Shown: positions 25,758 through 36,102, counted from the stretch's first letter. The stretch is DNA of 64,000 bases from Candidatus Omnitrophota bacterium (GCA_020632535.1 JACKFJ010000001.1:26890-90889); one strand, 5' to 3'. The notes: generated by a model from the sequence alone, not told the origin. Numbers and translations are program-made.

Positions 25758-27097
25758 TGAAAACTGAAACGCGCATATTGCTTCCCGTTGATCTTAAGCC
25801 TGTTTTGTCTTTGGATGCTTACAAGGCCACAGGCGGAATCCGTGGTATTGAGCGTGCCCGTGCGATGACACCACGCGCTGTTATTGATGAAATTAAGAAA
25901 GCTGGTTTGCGCGGACGTGGTGGGGCAGGTTTCCCTACGGCAATCAAATGGACCACGATTTTTGAAGACCCAAGTCCCAAAAAATATATCGTCGTCAACG
26001 GTTCGGAAGGCGAGCCCGGTACATACAAAGATCGGTATCTTCTGCAAAGAAATCCTTATAAGCTTGTTGAGGGAGCGCTCATTGCTGCGTATGTGATTAA
26101 CGCTCAGCAAGTTTTTCTTGGCATTAAAGGAAAATTTAAGCAGGAAATTGCCAATGTTCAGCGTGCTATTGATGAAATGGTCAAAGATCATATTTTAGCT
26201 AAAGGGTATATGGAAATTGTCCCCGGGCCTGATGAATATTTGTTTGGTGAGGAAAAAGCACTTCTGGAAGTTGTCGACGGACGTGGTGCCATGCCGCGCA
26301 ATATGCCGCCGTTTCTTTTTGGCGTGCGTTGCAGTCCGACGGAATATAATCCCACGATTGTTAATAATGTGGAGAGCATGAGTCATGTTGCGAATATTAT
26401 GTGCAATAGCCCAGAATGGTTTCGCCAGCATGGTTCTGAGGATACTCCCGGTACGATGATTTTTACTTTGTGCGGTGACGTTAAAAAACCTGGCATGTAT
26501 GAGTTGGCTTTGGGAACAACATTGCGAGAATTGCTTTATGATTTTGGTGGCGGACCGGTTTCAGAGAAGCCGATTAAAGCGGTTTTTTCCGGTGTGGCCA
26601 ATAAAGTTATGACTCCAGAAATTTTTGATACACCGATGGGTTTTGGAACTTTGCGAGAGGCCGGAGGCGGTTTGGGTTCTGCGGGATTTATTGTATATGA
26701 TGAAGGCGCATCGATGGTCAAGGTTGCGGCGATGTTCTCCAGTTTTCTCGCAGCCGAATCGTGTGGTCAATGCATTCCATGTAATCGAGGTAGTCGTATA
26801 ATTACCGAACTTTTGCGTAAGTTTACACACGGCACAGCACAGATGGACGACATTGATCAGGTTTTATTTGAATGCGGACGGGTTACAAATCAAACTCGCT
26901 GTTTTTTACCGCAGGAAGAGGCGATTTTGATTACGAGTATCGTAAAAACTTTCCGTCGAGAATTTGAAGAGTATGTTAAGAACCCACCGTCAGATCCGAC
27001 CGAGCCACCTGTGCCGCTTATCAGTTCGTTTGATGAAAATACACATACGTTTACGTATGCCATTCCAAAGTCTTTTGCCAACTTTCCCGTCGCATGA
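25757..27097 (+). CDS. NuoF-like NAD(H)-binding FMN/[4Fe-4S] flavoprotein (complex I 51-kDa subunit family), stand-alone
   Basis: [16 protein letters not shown] (FMN site), a Gly-rich NADH region, SLBB, and C-terminal [13 protein letters not shown] (N3-type cluster). No NuoE/NuoG neighbours. The start overlaps the permease stop (TAATG) and the stop overlaps the metH start. Confidence 0.8.
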   Translation: MKTETRILLPVDLKPVLSLDAYKATGGIRGIERARAMTPRAVIDEIKKAGLRGRGGAGFPTAIKWTTIFEDPSPKKYIVVNGSEGEPGTYKDRYLLQRNPYKLVEGALIAAYVINAQQVFLGIKGKFKQEIANVQRAIDEMVKDHILAKGYMEIVPGPDEYLFGEEKALLEVVDGRGAMPRNMPPFLFGVRCSPTEYNPTIVNNVESMSHVANIMCNSPEWFRQHGSEDTPGTMIFTLCGDVKKPGMYELALGTTLRELLYDFGGGPVSEKPIKAVFSGVANKVMTPEIFDTPMGFGTLREAGGGLGSAGFIVYDEGASMVKVAAMFSSFLAAESCGQCIPCNRGSRIITELLRKFTHGTAQMDDIDQVLFECGRVTNQTRCFLPQEEAILITSIVKTFRREFEEYVKNPPSDPTEPPVPLISSFDENTHTFTYAIPKSFANFPVA

Positions 27098-30000
27098 AAT
27101 TAATTGCTCAGGGGCACCCACTAGTCGAAATTCTTAATCGCCGCATTGTTATCATTGATGGTGCGATGGGCACCATGATTCAGCGTTATAAACTTACCGA
27201 AAGTGATTATCGCGGAAAACAATTTGCTGATTATGCTCAGGATTTGAAAGGGAATAATGACCTTTTGTCTCTGACGCAGCCGCAGATTATTGAAGCGATT
27301 CATTGTGAGTATCTTGCTGCTGGCGCGGATATTATTGAAACAAATACTTTTAACTCCAATGCCGTGAGTATGGCGGATTATCAAATGGAGAGAGAAGTTT
27401 ATAATATCAACTTTGCGTCCGCAAAGATTGCTCGTAAAGCCGCGGATCAATTCACAAAACAGAATCCGGACAAGCCGCGTTTTGTGGCTGGTGCTCTTGG
27501 TCCGACGACAAAGACGACGTCGCTGTCGCCGGATGTCAATGACCCGGGATATCGAGCGATCAATTTTGATGAACTTGTCGCCGCGTATACGGAACAATTG
27601 CGTGGTCTGATTGATGGTGGCGTGGATTTGGTTTTGATTGAAACTATTTTTGATACTTTAAATTCAAAAGCCGCTATTTTCGCGGTGTTGACATATGGCG
27701 AAAAGATTGGGAGACAATTGCCGCTGATGATTTCCGGGACAATTACCGACGCTAGTGGTCGCACTCTTTCAGGACAGACAACGGAGGCGTTTTGGATTTC
27801 GGTAGCGCACGGTGAGCCATTATCAATTGGTTTAAATTGTGCTTTGGGTGCGTCGGATATGCGGCCGTATCTCGCTGAGCTTTCTCGTATTGCGGATTGT
27901 TACGTGAGTTGTTATCCCAATGCTGGTCTTCCCAATGCGTTTGGTGAATATGATCAAAGCGACAAAGAAATGGCTGATATTATTCGTGAATTCGCGCGTG
28001 ATGGATTTCTCAATATTGTCGGTGGTTGTTGCGGAAGTACGCCGGCGCATATCAAAGCCATTGCGGACGCGGTTAAAGGAATTGCACCGCGTAAAATTCC
28101 AACAATAGCACCGTATACTGCATTAAGCGGATTGGAGCCTTTGATCATTCGGCCAGATACAAATTTTGTTAATGTCGGGGAGCGCACCAATGTCACGGGA
28201 TCAAAAAAATTTGCCAAATTGATACTCGCGGGAAATTATGATGAAGCTTTGTCTGTCGCCCGTCAGCAAGTGGAAGCCGGCGCGCAGGCGATTGATGTGA
28301 ATATGGACGAAGCGATGCTTGATTCCGAGAAGGCGATGGTGAAGTTTTTGAATTTGGCTTCCGCCGAGCCGGATATCGCGCGCGTTCCTTTTATGATTGA
28401 TTCGTCGAAATGGTCAGTTATTGAAGCTGGCTTAAAATGTGTGCAGGGCAAGTCGATTGTCAATTCGATTAGTCTTAAGGAAGGTGAGGCGATCTTTAAA
28501 GAGCAGGCTAGGAAAGTTCGTCGCTATGGCGCGGCCGCGGTGGTCATGGCTTTTGACGAGAATGGTCAGGCTGATACATTTGAGCGCCGTATTAAAATCT
28601 GTCAGCGTGCCTATAAAATTTTGACGGAAGACATTGGTTTTCCGCCGCAGGACATTATTTTTGACCCTAATATTTTTGCGATCGCTACCGGCATTGAGGA
28701 ACATAATAATTACGCGGTCGATTTTATTAATGCGACCCGTGAAATTAAGAAACTTATGCCTTTGGTTAAAATCAGCGGCGGTGTGAGTAATGTTTCATTT
28801 TCATTCCGTGGCAATGATCCTGTTCGCGAAGCGATGCATTCGGCATTTCTTTTTCACGCTATCAAGGCGGGTATGGACATGGGCATTGTGAACGCGGGCA
28901 TGATTGCGGTTTATGATCAAATTTCGCAAGAGCTTTTGACTCTTGTTGAAGATGTTATTCTCAATCGGAAAAGTGACGCGACGGAAAAGTTGACGACATA
29001 TGCTGAGAATTTTAAAGGCGCGGGCAAGCAGTTGGTCGAGGACCTTTCGTGGCGGAATGTTTCTGTGGAAGAAAGGCTGAGTCACGCTCTTGTTCGCGGG
29101 ATTGTGGAATATATTGATCAGGATGTGGAAGAAGCGCGCAAGCAGTATTCTCGTCCGATTGAGATTATTGAAGGTCCGCTGATGAAGGGGATGAACATTG
29201 TTGGTGATTTGTTCGGCGAAGGAAAAATGTTTCTTCCGCAAGTCGTTAAAAGTGCGCGGGTCATGAAAAAAGCGGTTGCGTATTTGACACCATTTATTGA
29301 AAAGGAAAAGGTTGGCGGGGCTAAGAACGCGGGTACGGTTGTTATGGCTACGGTTAAAGGTGATGTTCATGATATTGGCAAGAATATCGTTGGTGTCGTC
29401 TTGGGTTGTAACAATTTTCGAATTATTGATCTGGGCGTTATGGTTCCTAGTCAGAAAATTCTTGATACTGCGCGCGCGGAAAAAGCTGACATGATTGGTT
29501 TGAGCGGTTTAATTACTCCTTCGCTGGAGGAGATGGTGAATGTCGCCAGTGAAATGGAACGTCAGGGATTTCATTTGCCGCTGTTAATTGGTGGTGCCAC
29601 AACATCGCCAAATCATACTGCTGTTAAAATTGCGCCGAGCTATCACGATATTGTTATTCATGTTAAAGACGCGTCGCGCAGTGTCGGCGTGTGCCGCGCT
29701 TTGATGGAGAAAGAAAATCGTAAAGAATTGACCATAAAAATCAAAGGTGAATATGAATCATTGCGTCAAGAACATGCTAGTCGTCAGAAGACACAAAAGT
29801 TTTTAAGTCTAGCTGAAGCTCGTCGGGAAAGAATGCAGTCCGATTGGAAAACAGTCCCGATTGTTAAGCCGACGTTTTTTGGAACAAAAGTTTTTCGTGA
29901 TGTTCCGATCCGTGAACTTGTTGATTATATTGATTGGTCGCCATTTTTTATTGTTTGGGGATTAAAGGGAAAGTATCCGAATATTCTTAAAGACGCCAAA

Positions 30001-30774
30001 GTTGGACAGCAGGCAAAGGAAGTTTTTGACAATGCGCAGGATTTTTTGAAAAAAGTCATCGCGCAAAAATCACTGACCGCTAATGCGGTTGTTGGGTTTT
30101 ATCCTGCGAATAGTATTGGTGATGACATTGAGATTTATACAGACGATACTCGTCACGAAGTTTTGGCTAAATTCTGCACACTGCGTCAGCAAAACGAGAA
30201 ACAAGATGGTGAACCGTATTATGCGCTCGCCGATTTTATCGCGCCGAAAGAATCCGGCGTGAAAGATTATTTGGGAACATTTGCGATTACCGCTGGATTA
30301 GGTATTGAGGAAATTATTGCCGAAGCGCAAAAAGATCATAATGACTTCGATATCATAATGGCTAAAGCGATTGCGGATCGCTTAGCGGAGGCTATGGCGG
30401 AATGGCTACACGAAAAAGTGCGCAAAGAATTATGGAGTTATTCTTCGGATGAGCATTTTACGAATGATGAATTGATTCAATGCAAATATAGTGGTATTCG
30501 TCCCGCGCCGGGTTATCCTGCTCAGCCAGATCACACCGAAAAACCGTTATTGTTTAAGCTTCTTGATGTGGAAAAGAGTATTGGCGCGACTTTGACTGAA
30601 AATTATGCCATGTGGCCCGCGTCGTCGATTTGCGGATTGTATTTTGCTCATCCCAAGTCTAAATATTTTTATGTTGGTAAAATCATTAAAGATCAAGTTG
30701 AAGATTATGCTCGTCGGAAGAATATGCCGATTGCCGAAGTTGAAAAGTGGTTAGCTCCAATTCTAGGATATTAA
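27094..30774 (+). CDS. metH: Cobalamin-dependent methionine synthase (full length)
   Basis: 1226 aa with all modules: Hcy S-methyltransferase ([11 protein letters not shown]), pterin-binding, B12 cap and B12-binding ([15 protein letters not shown]), and the AdoMet reactivation domain ([15 protein letters not shown]). Confidence 0.97.
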   Translation: MKLIAQGHPLVEILNRRIVIIDGAMGTMIQRYKLTESDYRGKQFADYAQDLKGNNDLLSLTQPQIIEAIHCEYLAAGADIIETNTFNSNAVSMADYQMEREVYNINFASAKIARKAADQFTKQNPDKPRFVAGALGPTTKTTSLSPDVNDPGYRAINFDELVAAYTEQLRGLIDGGVDLVLIETIFDTLNSKAAIFAVLTYGEKIGRQLPLMISGTITDASGRTLSGQTTEAFWISVAHGEPLSIGLNCALGASDMRPYLAELSRIADCYVSCYPNAGLPNAFGEYDQSDKEMADIIREFARDGFLNIVGGCCGSTPAHIKAIADAVKGIAPRKIPTIAPYTALSGLEPLIIRPDTNFVNVGERTNVTGSKKFAKLILAGNYDEALSVARQQVEAGAQAIDVNMDEAMLDSEKAMVKFLNLASAEPDIARVPFMIDSSKWSVIEAGLKCVQGKSIVNSISLKEGEAIFKEQARKVRRYGAAAVVMAFDENGQADTFERRIKICQRAYKILTEDIGFPPQDIIFDPNIFAIATGIEEHNNYAVDFINATREIKKLMPLVKISGGVSNVSFSFRGNDPVREAMHSAFLFHAIKAGMDMGIVNAGMIAVYDQISQELLTLVEDVILNRKSDATEKLTTYAENFKGAGKQLVEDLSWRNVSVEERLSHALVRGIVEYIDQDVEEARKQYSRPIEIIEGPLMKGMNIVGDLFGEGKMFLPQVVKSARVMKKAVAYLTPFIEKEKVGGAKNAGTVVMATVKGDVHDIGKNIVGVVLGCNNFRIIDLGVMVPSQKILDTARAEKADMIGLSGLITPSLEEMVNVASEMERQGFHLPLLIGGATTSPNHTAVKIAPSYHDIVIHVKDASRSVGVCRALMEKENRKELTIKIKGEYESLRQEHASRQKTQKFLSLAEARRERMQSDWKTVPIVKPTFFGTKVFRDVPIRELVDYIDWSPFFIVWGLKGKYPNILKDAKVGQQAKEVFDNAQDFLKKVIAQKSLTANAVVGFYPANSIGDDIEIYTDDTRHEVLAKFCTLRQQNEKQDGEPYYALADFIAPKESGVKDYLGTFAITAGLGIEEIIAEAQKDHNDFDIIMAKAIADRLAEAMAEWLHEKVRKELWSYSSDEHFTNDELIQCKYSGIRPAPGYPAQPDHTEKPLLFKLLDVEKSIGATLTENYAMWPASSICGLYFAHPKSKYFYVGKIIKDQVEDYARRKNMPIAEVEKWLAPILGY

Positions 30775-30786
30775 ACAAAAACCAAG

Positions 30787-30887
30787 TAACTCTATTCGGC
30801 GAGTTCCGCAGCAAAGTCGCTTGCCTTAATGCTTTCATTCATAGATAAGCGACTTGTGCGAGGACTGTTTGAGCATGGATAGAGTTA
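30787..30887. repeat. Palindromic intergenic element, distant relative of family A (element C)
   Basis: Private 9-bp arms TAACTCTAT / ATAGAGTTA. It shares the blocks GGCGAGTTCCGCAG and TTTGAGCATGG with family A, and has an inner perfect 9-bp stem AAGTCGCTT / AAGCGACTT (30814-30822 and 30847-30855). It lies immediately 3' of metH and is followed by TTTTT at 30893. Confidence 0.65.
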
Positions 30888-30967
30888 ATCCATTTTTGTT
30901 ATTCATGATTTAAATAATGCACCTTTTGCTTGTCTTCGTAAAATTTAATGATTAAAATAACGCCATT

Positions 30968-31357
30968 ATGAATGGTTCTGCAAAATCCCGCATTCTCATT
31001 ATTGATGATGATCCGACGATCATTAAGCTCACCGAGAGTATTTTGACCACAAATGGGTACGAAACATTAACGACATCGGATGCGCCAATTGGTCTTGAGA
31101 TGGCGATGAAGGAAAAAGTTGATTTAATCATTCTCGACGTTATGTTGCCCATTATTAATGGTTTTAATATTTGTCGTCTGTTAAAGTCCCAAGAAAAGTA
31201 TAAAATGATTCCGATTATTCTTTTGACTTCGCGCACTGAGGAGGAAGATCGTAAAATTGGTTATGAAGTGGGTGCCGATGACTATATCGCTAAGCCATTA
31301 AATCGTGAGAACTTTTTAAAAATTATTGCCGACCTTTTACTCAAAAGCCAAAAATAA
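30968..31357 (+). CDS. Stand-alone response-regulator receiver domain (CheY-like)
   Basis: RILIIDDDP...DLIILDVMLP (phospho-acceptor Asp)...PIILLTS...KP. No output domain. Confidence 0.85.
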   Translation: MNGSAKSRILIIDDDPTIIKLTESILTTNGYETLTTSDAPIGLEMAMKEKVDLIILDVMLPIINGFNICRLLKSQEKYKMIPIILLTSRTEEEDRKIGYEVGADDYIAKPLNRENFLKIIADLLLKSQK

Positions 31358-31371
31358 TCGCCGTTGTCGCT

Positions 31372-32169
31372 ATGATAAAATTTCTTGAATCTATTGGTAC
31401 AAACATTCTCTCTTGGATCAAAATTACACAGGGTTTTTTGTCTTTAGTCGGACAAACTTTTTATTGGATTTTTTTTGGTTTTCGAAAAAAGCGACCATTA
31501 AAACAAGAGCCTATTCTTGATCAAATGGTTTTTATGGGAGCGCGGTCGATCATTATTGTGTTCTTTGTTACATTTTTTACCGGTATTGTTTTAGCCATGC
31601 AGTCAGCGCAGCAACTTTCAAAGCTTGGCGGCACAATTTATGTCGCGAGCTTAGTTTCGATTTCAATTTGCCGTGAATTGGGGCCGGTTTTAACGGCATT
31701 AGTGATTGCCGGACGAATCGGCGCGGCCATTACCGCCGAAATTGGTTCTATGCAGGTTAATGAACAGATTGAGGCGTTGGACACAATGGCGATCAATCCA
31801 GTGCGCTTTCTTGTTGTTCCAAAAGTTGTCGCGTTGTTTTTTATGCTGCCGTGTCTGACTGTTATCGGGGATCTTTCCGGAATGTTGGGCGGATATATTA
31901 TTGGTGTGAATAATCTTGGGATCAACTCGCATCTGTACATTCAAACAGCTTTTGAATATTTGACTTTAAAAGATATTTATACCGGTTTATCAAAGTCTTT
32001 GGTTTTTGCTCTTATTATCGCGTTCGTTGGATGTTATCAAGGTTTAAATACTCGCGGTGGCGCGGTCGGCGTCGGGCGAGCTACGACAATTAGTGTGGTA
32101 ACCAGTTTTATTTTGATTATTGTTGCGGATTGTTTTGTAACCGGTATTTATTATTTCACGAATCTATGA
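31372..32169 (+). CDS. mlaE: Mla/Ttg2-type ABC transporter permease
   Basis: MlaE-like topology and motifs (ELGPVLTALVIAGRIGAAITAEIGSMQVNEQIEAL..MAINP). Confidence 0.8.
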   Translation: MIKFLESIGTNILSWIKITQGFLSLVGQTFYWIFFGFRKKRPLKQEPILDQMVFMGARSIIIVFFVTFFTGIVLAMQSAQQLSKLGGTIYVASLVSISICRELGPVLTALVIAGRIGAAITAEIGSMQVNEQIEALDTMAINPVRFLVVPKVVALFFMLPCLTVIGDLSGMLGGYIIGVNNLGINSHLYIQTAFEYLTLKDIYTGLSKSLVFALIIAFVGCYQGLNTRGGAVGVGRATTISVVTSFILIIVADCFVTGIYYFTNL

Positions 32170-32966
32170 GAGAACACAAAGTTGCCATATCAGTGCAGAA
32201 TCTTGTTAAATTCTTTGACGGTCGCAAAGTCTTAGATGGAATCAGTCTTGAAGTTTATCAAGGTGAAACTTTTGTGATTATGGGCGGGTCGGGATGTGGG
32301 AAAAGTACGCTTTTGCGGCACATGACCGGCGCGATGAAGCCGGAATCAGGAAAAATATTTTTCGGTGATAAGGATTTAACGACTCTTAATTCCGACGAAA
32401 CGGAAGCTGTTAAGCGGCGGTTTGGGATGTGTTTTCAGTCGGCGGCTTTACTGGATTATTTGAATGTTGAGGAAAATGTGAGTTTGCCATTGCGTGAGCA
32501 CACGACGCTGGATCCTAAAATTATTCGTATTCTTGTTAAAATGAAATTAAATTTGGTTGGACTTTCAGGATTTGAAAATTTGATGCCGAGCATGCTTTCT
32601 GGTGGTATGAAAAAAAGAGTAGGTCTCGCGCGCGCGATTTCGATGGATCCGGAAGCTGTTTTTTATGACGAGCCTACAGCAGGACTTGACCCGATTGTCT
32701 GCGCGGTCGTCGATAAATTGATTTTGGATCTTAATAAAAAATTGCTTTTGACTTCAGTCGTTGTGACACACAACATGGAAAGTGTGTTTCGTATCGCCGA
32801 TCGCGTGGCGATGCTTCACAAGGGACGAGTTTTGCAGATTGGTACACCCGAGGAGATTAAAAATTCGCAAGACCCAATTGTTCAGCAATTTATCAATGGC
32901 CGGCTCGAAGGGCCGATTAATTTTGCGGAAAATATTGACGATGTCAATTTTGCCGGAGAGGGCTAG
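32166..32966 (+). CDS. mlaF: Mla-type ABC transporter ATP-binding protein
   Basis: ATG 32166 overlaps the mlaE stop (ATGA). Walker A GGSGCGKST, signature LSGGMKKRVGLARA, Walker B VFYDEPTAGLD. Confidence 0.8.
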   Translation: MREHKVAISVQNLVKFFDGRKVLDGISLEVYQGETFVIMGGSGCGKSTLLRHMTGAMKPESGKIFFGDKDLTTLNSDETEAVKRRFGMCFQSAALLDYLNVEENVSLPLREHTTLDPKIIRILVKMKLNLVGLSGFENLMPSMLSGGMKKRVGLARAISMDPEAVFYDEPTAGLDPIVCAVVDKLILDLNKKLLLTSVVVTHNMESVFRIADRVAMLHKGRVLQIGTPEEIKNSQDPIVQQFINGRLEGPINFAENIDDVNFAGEG

Positions 32967-32985
32967 CAACTAGAGGAGTTACTTT

Positions 32986-33732
32986 ATGAAACTGACCAAT
33001 GAAGCTAAAATCGGAATTTTAGTAATGTCTGTATTGATCATTCTTGCTGTTTTAACATGGCGAACCGGCAGGTACAGTTTTGTTCCGGATGGGTATATGA
33101 TCAAAGTTAATTTTCTTGATGTCCAAGGGCTTTCCAAAAATGCGCCGGTCACTTTAAATGGTCTTGAAGAAGGTCGTGTCAAAGATATTAAAGTTGTGTA
33201 TAGCGATGTACCGCAAATTGAATTGACATTATGGCTTAAGTCCGAAGCAAAAATACCGCAAAACGCTAAGGCATTTATCCGTACAATGGGTTTTATGGGC
33301 GAAAAGTTTGTTGCTATTGAAATGAAGGACAGTCAGGCGGGGTTTTTAGCACCAGGGGCGACAATCGCAGGAGAGGCGCCTGCTAGTATTGAAAAACTCC
33401 TAGGTGAAGGTTTGGTTATTGCCGAAAATTTAAAAATCATTTCCGGAGAAATAAAAGATCATCTTAAAAATAATCATGACGAAATTGACACAATGATAAG
33501 CAATTTGAGTGTGACGTCAAAGAATTTAAACTCTATTACCACAAATGTTAATGAGCGTTTGGCTGTCAATAGCAAATACATTGATGAAATGATTGGGAAC
33601 TTCAATTCGACGAGCAGTAATCTTGAAGAAATGAGTTATGATCTCAAGTTAAACCCGTGGAAGTTGTTGTATAAGGAAAAAACGGTCAAAAAAGCGCCCA
33701 AAAAGGCGCCCAAAAAGGCGTCTCCACAATAA
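32986..33732 (+). CDS. mlaD: MCE-domain substrate-binding protein (MlaD-like)
   Basis: N-terminal TM anchor, an MCE domain (YMIKVNFLDVQGLSKNAPVTLNGLEEGRVKDIK), a helical C-terminal region and a KKAPKKAPKKA tail. Confidence 0.7.
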   Translation: MKLTNEAKIGILVMSVLIILAVLTWRTGRYSFVPDGYMIKVNFLDVQGLSKNAPVTLNGLEEGRVKDIKVVYSDVPQIELTLWLKSEAKIPQNAKAFIRTMGFMGEKFVAIEMKDSQAGFLAPGATIAGEAPASIEKLLGEGLVIAENLKIISGEIKDHLKNNHDEIDTMISNLSVTSKNLNSITTNVNERLAVNSKYIDEMIGNFNSTSSNLEEMSYDLKLNPWKLLYKEKTVKKAPKKAPKKASPQ

Positions 33733-33828
33733 ACTGGCTAGCTGGTTTTTATCTTTTAAATTATAAGTCTGTCAGGTATACTTTTAGTACTATTCTTGCG
33801 ATGTCTCGAGTTGCTAATTAGGAGATCC

Positions 33829-35323
33829 TTCCTTGAAGTTCAATCAAAAAGCCCAACAAGTCATTGAATATCTGCTCATTATGGCAGCTGTGGTCGCCGG
33901 TGTTTTGGGTATTGCCGGACCTTCTGGGCCGATGCGTAATGCTGTTGAAAAATCTTTAAATAAAGCTGTTGAAACAATCTATCAAGGTTACACATGGCGA
34001 TTAGGTTCGCCGGGTCCCTGTTCTGCGTCATGCGGAATAGGTACGGCTTCGCGTGGTGTATCTTGTCAACGTGAAGACGGCGTTAATGTGGCTGATTCAT
34101 TTTGCGAAGAAGCCAGTGGTGTCACTCGGGCATCTTTAGAAACGGTTGCATGTGATTCTGGAGTTTGCGGAAGCTATGCTTGGGTAGGCGGTGGATTTGG
34201 TGCATGCAGTGCTCTCTGTGGAGGCGGAACACAAACACAAACAGTTATCTGTCGTGATTCAGGGGGAGCAACTGTTGCAGATACATTTTGTGCGAGCGCT
34301 GGGCCTAAGCCAGTCAGCCAGCCTTGTAATACGGGGGCTTGTTATGTTTGGCAATCGGGTGGAGCATGTACAACAACATGTACCGTAGCTTGTGGTATTG
34401 GAAGTTGTTCTCAAGACGTTAGTTGTAAAGACACCGTGTCGGGGACAACGACTGCCGATAGCAACTGTCCTTCCGGAACAAAGCCATCTACTACGATACC
34501 GTGTAATACATCATTAACGTGTGGTTTTCAATGGCAGGTGGGTAGTTGGAGTGCTTGTACTGTGGCGTGTGGAGGTGGAACGAGAACCAGAACAGTGCAG
34601 TGTATTCGTCAGTCTGATGGAACCGCTGTTGCCGATACCAATTGCGATGCAGGATCAAAGCCATCTTCCAGCGGCACGTGCAATACCGTTTCATGTAATC
34701 ATTGGGAATTGACGAGTTCTTGGGGACCTTGCAATAGTGTTTGTGGGTCAGGAACACAGGAAATTATTGTAGAGTGTAAGAATTTGCAAGGAATTGTATT
34801 AGCTGATGATCAATGCGATATTGCGACAAAGCCCAGTAGTACGAGGGCGTGTCCAAGCTTACCGTCTTGTGGATATAGTTGGGGAAGTAGCTTGTGGGGG
34901 TCATGCAGTGTTACATGCGGAACGGGAACGCAAAATCGCACGGTATTTTGTACAAGAACTTTTGATGGCACAAATGTCGATGTTTCTTATTGTCAGGCGG
35001 CAGATCCTAGCGGGGAACCAGCGGCAAGTCAGTCTTGTACAATAGAATGTTATTCTTGGGTTGCTACGTCGTGGGGAGATTGTAGCACGACATGTGGAAC
35101 GGGAACACAATCAAGAAATTATGAGTGTCGTGACGGTAATGGAAATGGTTCTGTAGTCGGCAATAATTTTTGTATTAATGCTCTTGGAGCGCCACCGACA
35201 ACGACTCAAAATTGTAGTGATACATCATCATGTTGTGGAAATGGGACGTGTGATAATTTGCAATCGGTTGGTTATGTCGAGACTTGCAATACCTGTGTGA
35301 ATGATTGCGGTGTTTGTCCGACT
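33829..35323 (+). repeat. Direct duplication, copy 1 (~1.5 kb; 5' part of the TSR gene)
   Basis: Collinear with 36103-37597 at a constant offset of 2274 nt, with no indels seen. My hand alignment found roughly 40-50 substitutions (~97% identity), decaying sharply after ~35255. Confidence 0.9.
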
Positions 35324-35914
35324 TGTTCTGATGGGATACAAAATCAAGGCGAAACCGGTGTTGATTGCGGCGGGCCAAATTGTTCTGCTTGTCCGACATG
35401 TTCTGATGGCATACGGAATCAATCGGAATCAGGAGTTGATTGCGGTGGTCCCTGCCCAGCTTGCGTGACATGTTGGGATGGGATACGAAATCAGGGAGAA
35501 GCTGGTGTCGATTGCGGTGGGCCGTGTCCTGCACCTTGTGCAACATGTGGAGATTTTGTGCAAAACCAAGGTGAAACCGGCGTTGATTGCGGTGGTCCTT
35601 GTCCCGCTTGTCCGACATGTTACGACGGGGTAAAAAATCAAGGAGAAACTGGTGTCGATTGTGGGGGGACGTGTGTAGCTTGCCCTCCTTTACAAATAAC
35701 CGGTTGTGGCTGCGGTAGCTGCCCTGCTGGGGCAATTCCTACAGTTGGTACATTTCCTTTTGGAAGTTTAGGTATGAGGTGTAATAATCCTGGTGGTGGG
35801 TTGAATGGTTATAGTCAATGGCCTGGACTTGGAATATGGATACCCGATACTGCCACACCGTTGTGTTCGAGTCAGTGGTTTGGAGGAGATATGTGCTGGT
35901 TGTTCGCTCCTTAA
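33833..35914 (+). CDS. Prepilin-like (Flp/class III signal) secreted protein with 7 ADAMTS-type thrombospondin type-1 repeats and 5 C-terminal Cys-rich GVDCGG repeats (paralog 1)
   Basis: TTG start with AGGAGA 7 nt upstream, and an in-frame stop at 33815. The N-terminus is MKFNQKA/QQVIEYLLIMAAVVAGVLGIAG. It carries seven ~57-60-aa units of the type FQWQVGSWSACTVACGGGTRTRTVQCIRQSDGTAVADTNCDAGSKPSSSGTCNTVSC, and is extremely Cys-rich. Confidence 0.85.
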   Translation: MKFNQKAQQVIEYLLIMAAVVAGVLGIAGPSGPMRNAVEKSLNKAVETIYQGYTWRLGSPGPCSASCGIGTASRGVSCQREDGVNVADSFCEEASGVTRASLETVACDSGVCGSYAWVGGGFGACSALCGGGTQTQTVICRDSGGATVADTFCASAGPKPVSQPCNTGACYVWQSGGACTTTCTVACGIGSCSQDVSCKDTVSGTTTADSNCPSGTKPSTTIPCNTSLTCGFQWQVGSWSACTVACGGGTRTRTVQCIRQSDGTAVADTNCDAGSKPSSSGTCNTVSCNHWELTSSWGPCNSVCGSGTQEIIVECKNLQGIVLADDQCDIATKPSSTRACPSLPSCGYSWGSSLWGSCSVTCGTGTQNRTVFCTRTFDGTNVDVSYCQAADPSGEPAASQSCTIECYSWVATSWGDCSTTCGTGTQSRNYECRDGNGNGSVVGNNFCINALGAPPTTTQNCSDTSSCCGNGTCDNLQSVGYVETCNTCVNDCGVCPTCSDGIQNQGETGVDCGGPNCSACPTCSDGIRNQSESGVDCGGPCPACVTCWDGIRNQGEAGVDCGGPCPAPCATCGDFVQNQGETGVDCGGPCPACPTCYDGVKNQGETGVDCGGTCVACPPLQITGCGCGSCPAGAIPTVGTFPFGSLGMRCNNPGGGLNGYSQWPGLGIWIPDTATPLCSSQWFGGDMCWLFAP
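35324..35689 (+). repeat. Five tandem coding repeats of 24-25 codons (C-x-D-G-[IV]-x-N-Q-[GS]-E-x-G-V-D-C-G-G-P-C-P-A-C)
   Basis: The units are CSDGIQNQGETGVDCGGPNCSACPT, CSDGIRNQSESGVDCGGPCPACVT, CWDGIRNQGEAGVDCGGPCPAPCAT, CGDFVQNQGETGVDCGGPCPACPT and CYDGVKNQGETGVDCGGTCVACPP. They occur only in paralog 1. Confidence 0.9.
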
Positions 35915-35916
35915 GT

Positions 35917-35945
35917 TGACAAATTTTTTATTTTGTCATTTTTAA
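35917..35945 (+). terminator. Weak candidate terminator between the two TSR paralogs
   Basis: TGACAAA-TTTTTTAT-TTTGTCA followed by TTTTTAAAA. The stem is only 7 bp and AT-rich, so stability is doubtful. Confidence 0.3.
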
Positions 35946-36102
35946 AACAATGTTGTGTCTCTTAAGGATTCGCAGACCAATAAAGAGCGAAAATTTGTTT
36001 TTGTTAAGTTATATGATAAAGATCTCCCTTCAGAAATAAAAGCAATGCTTTTAAAGGAAACTGCAGACGGAACATCAAATTTGAATAAAGAAAAATTGAG
36101 GT

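Noticed and set aside
27000-27094. A cobalamin or SAM riboswitch in front of metH, and likewise in front of metF (41496-41605).
   Set aside because: metH has no leader at all, because its start overlaps the upstream gene. The metF upstream region is only ~110 nt, AT-rich, and lacks a B12-box or SAM-I-like conserved stems.
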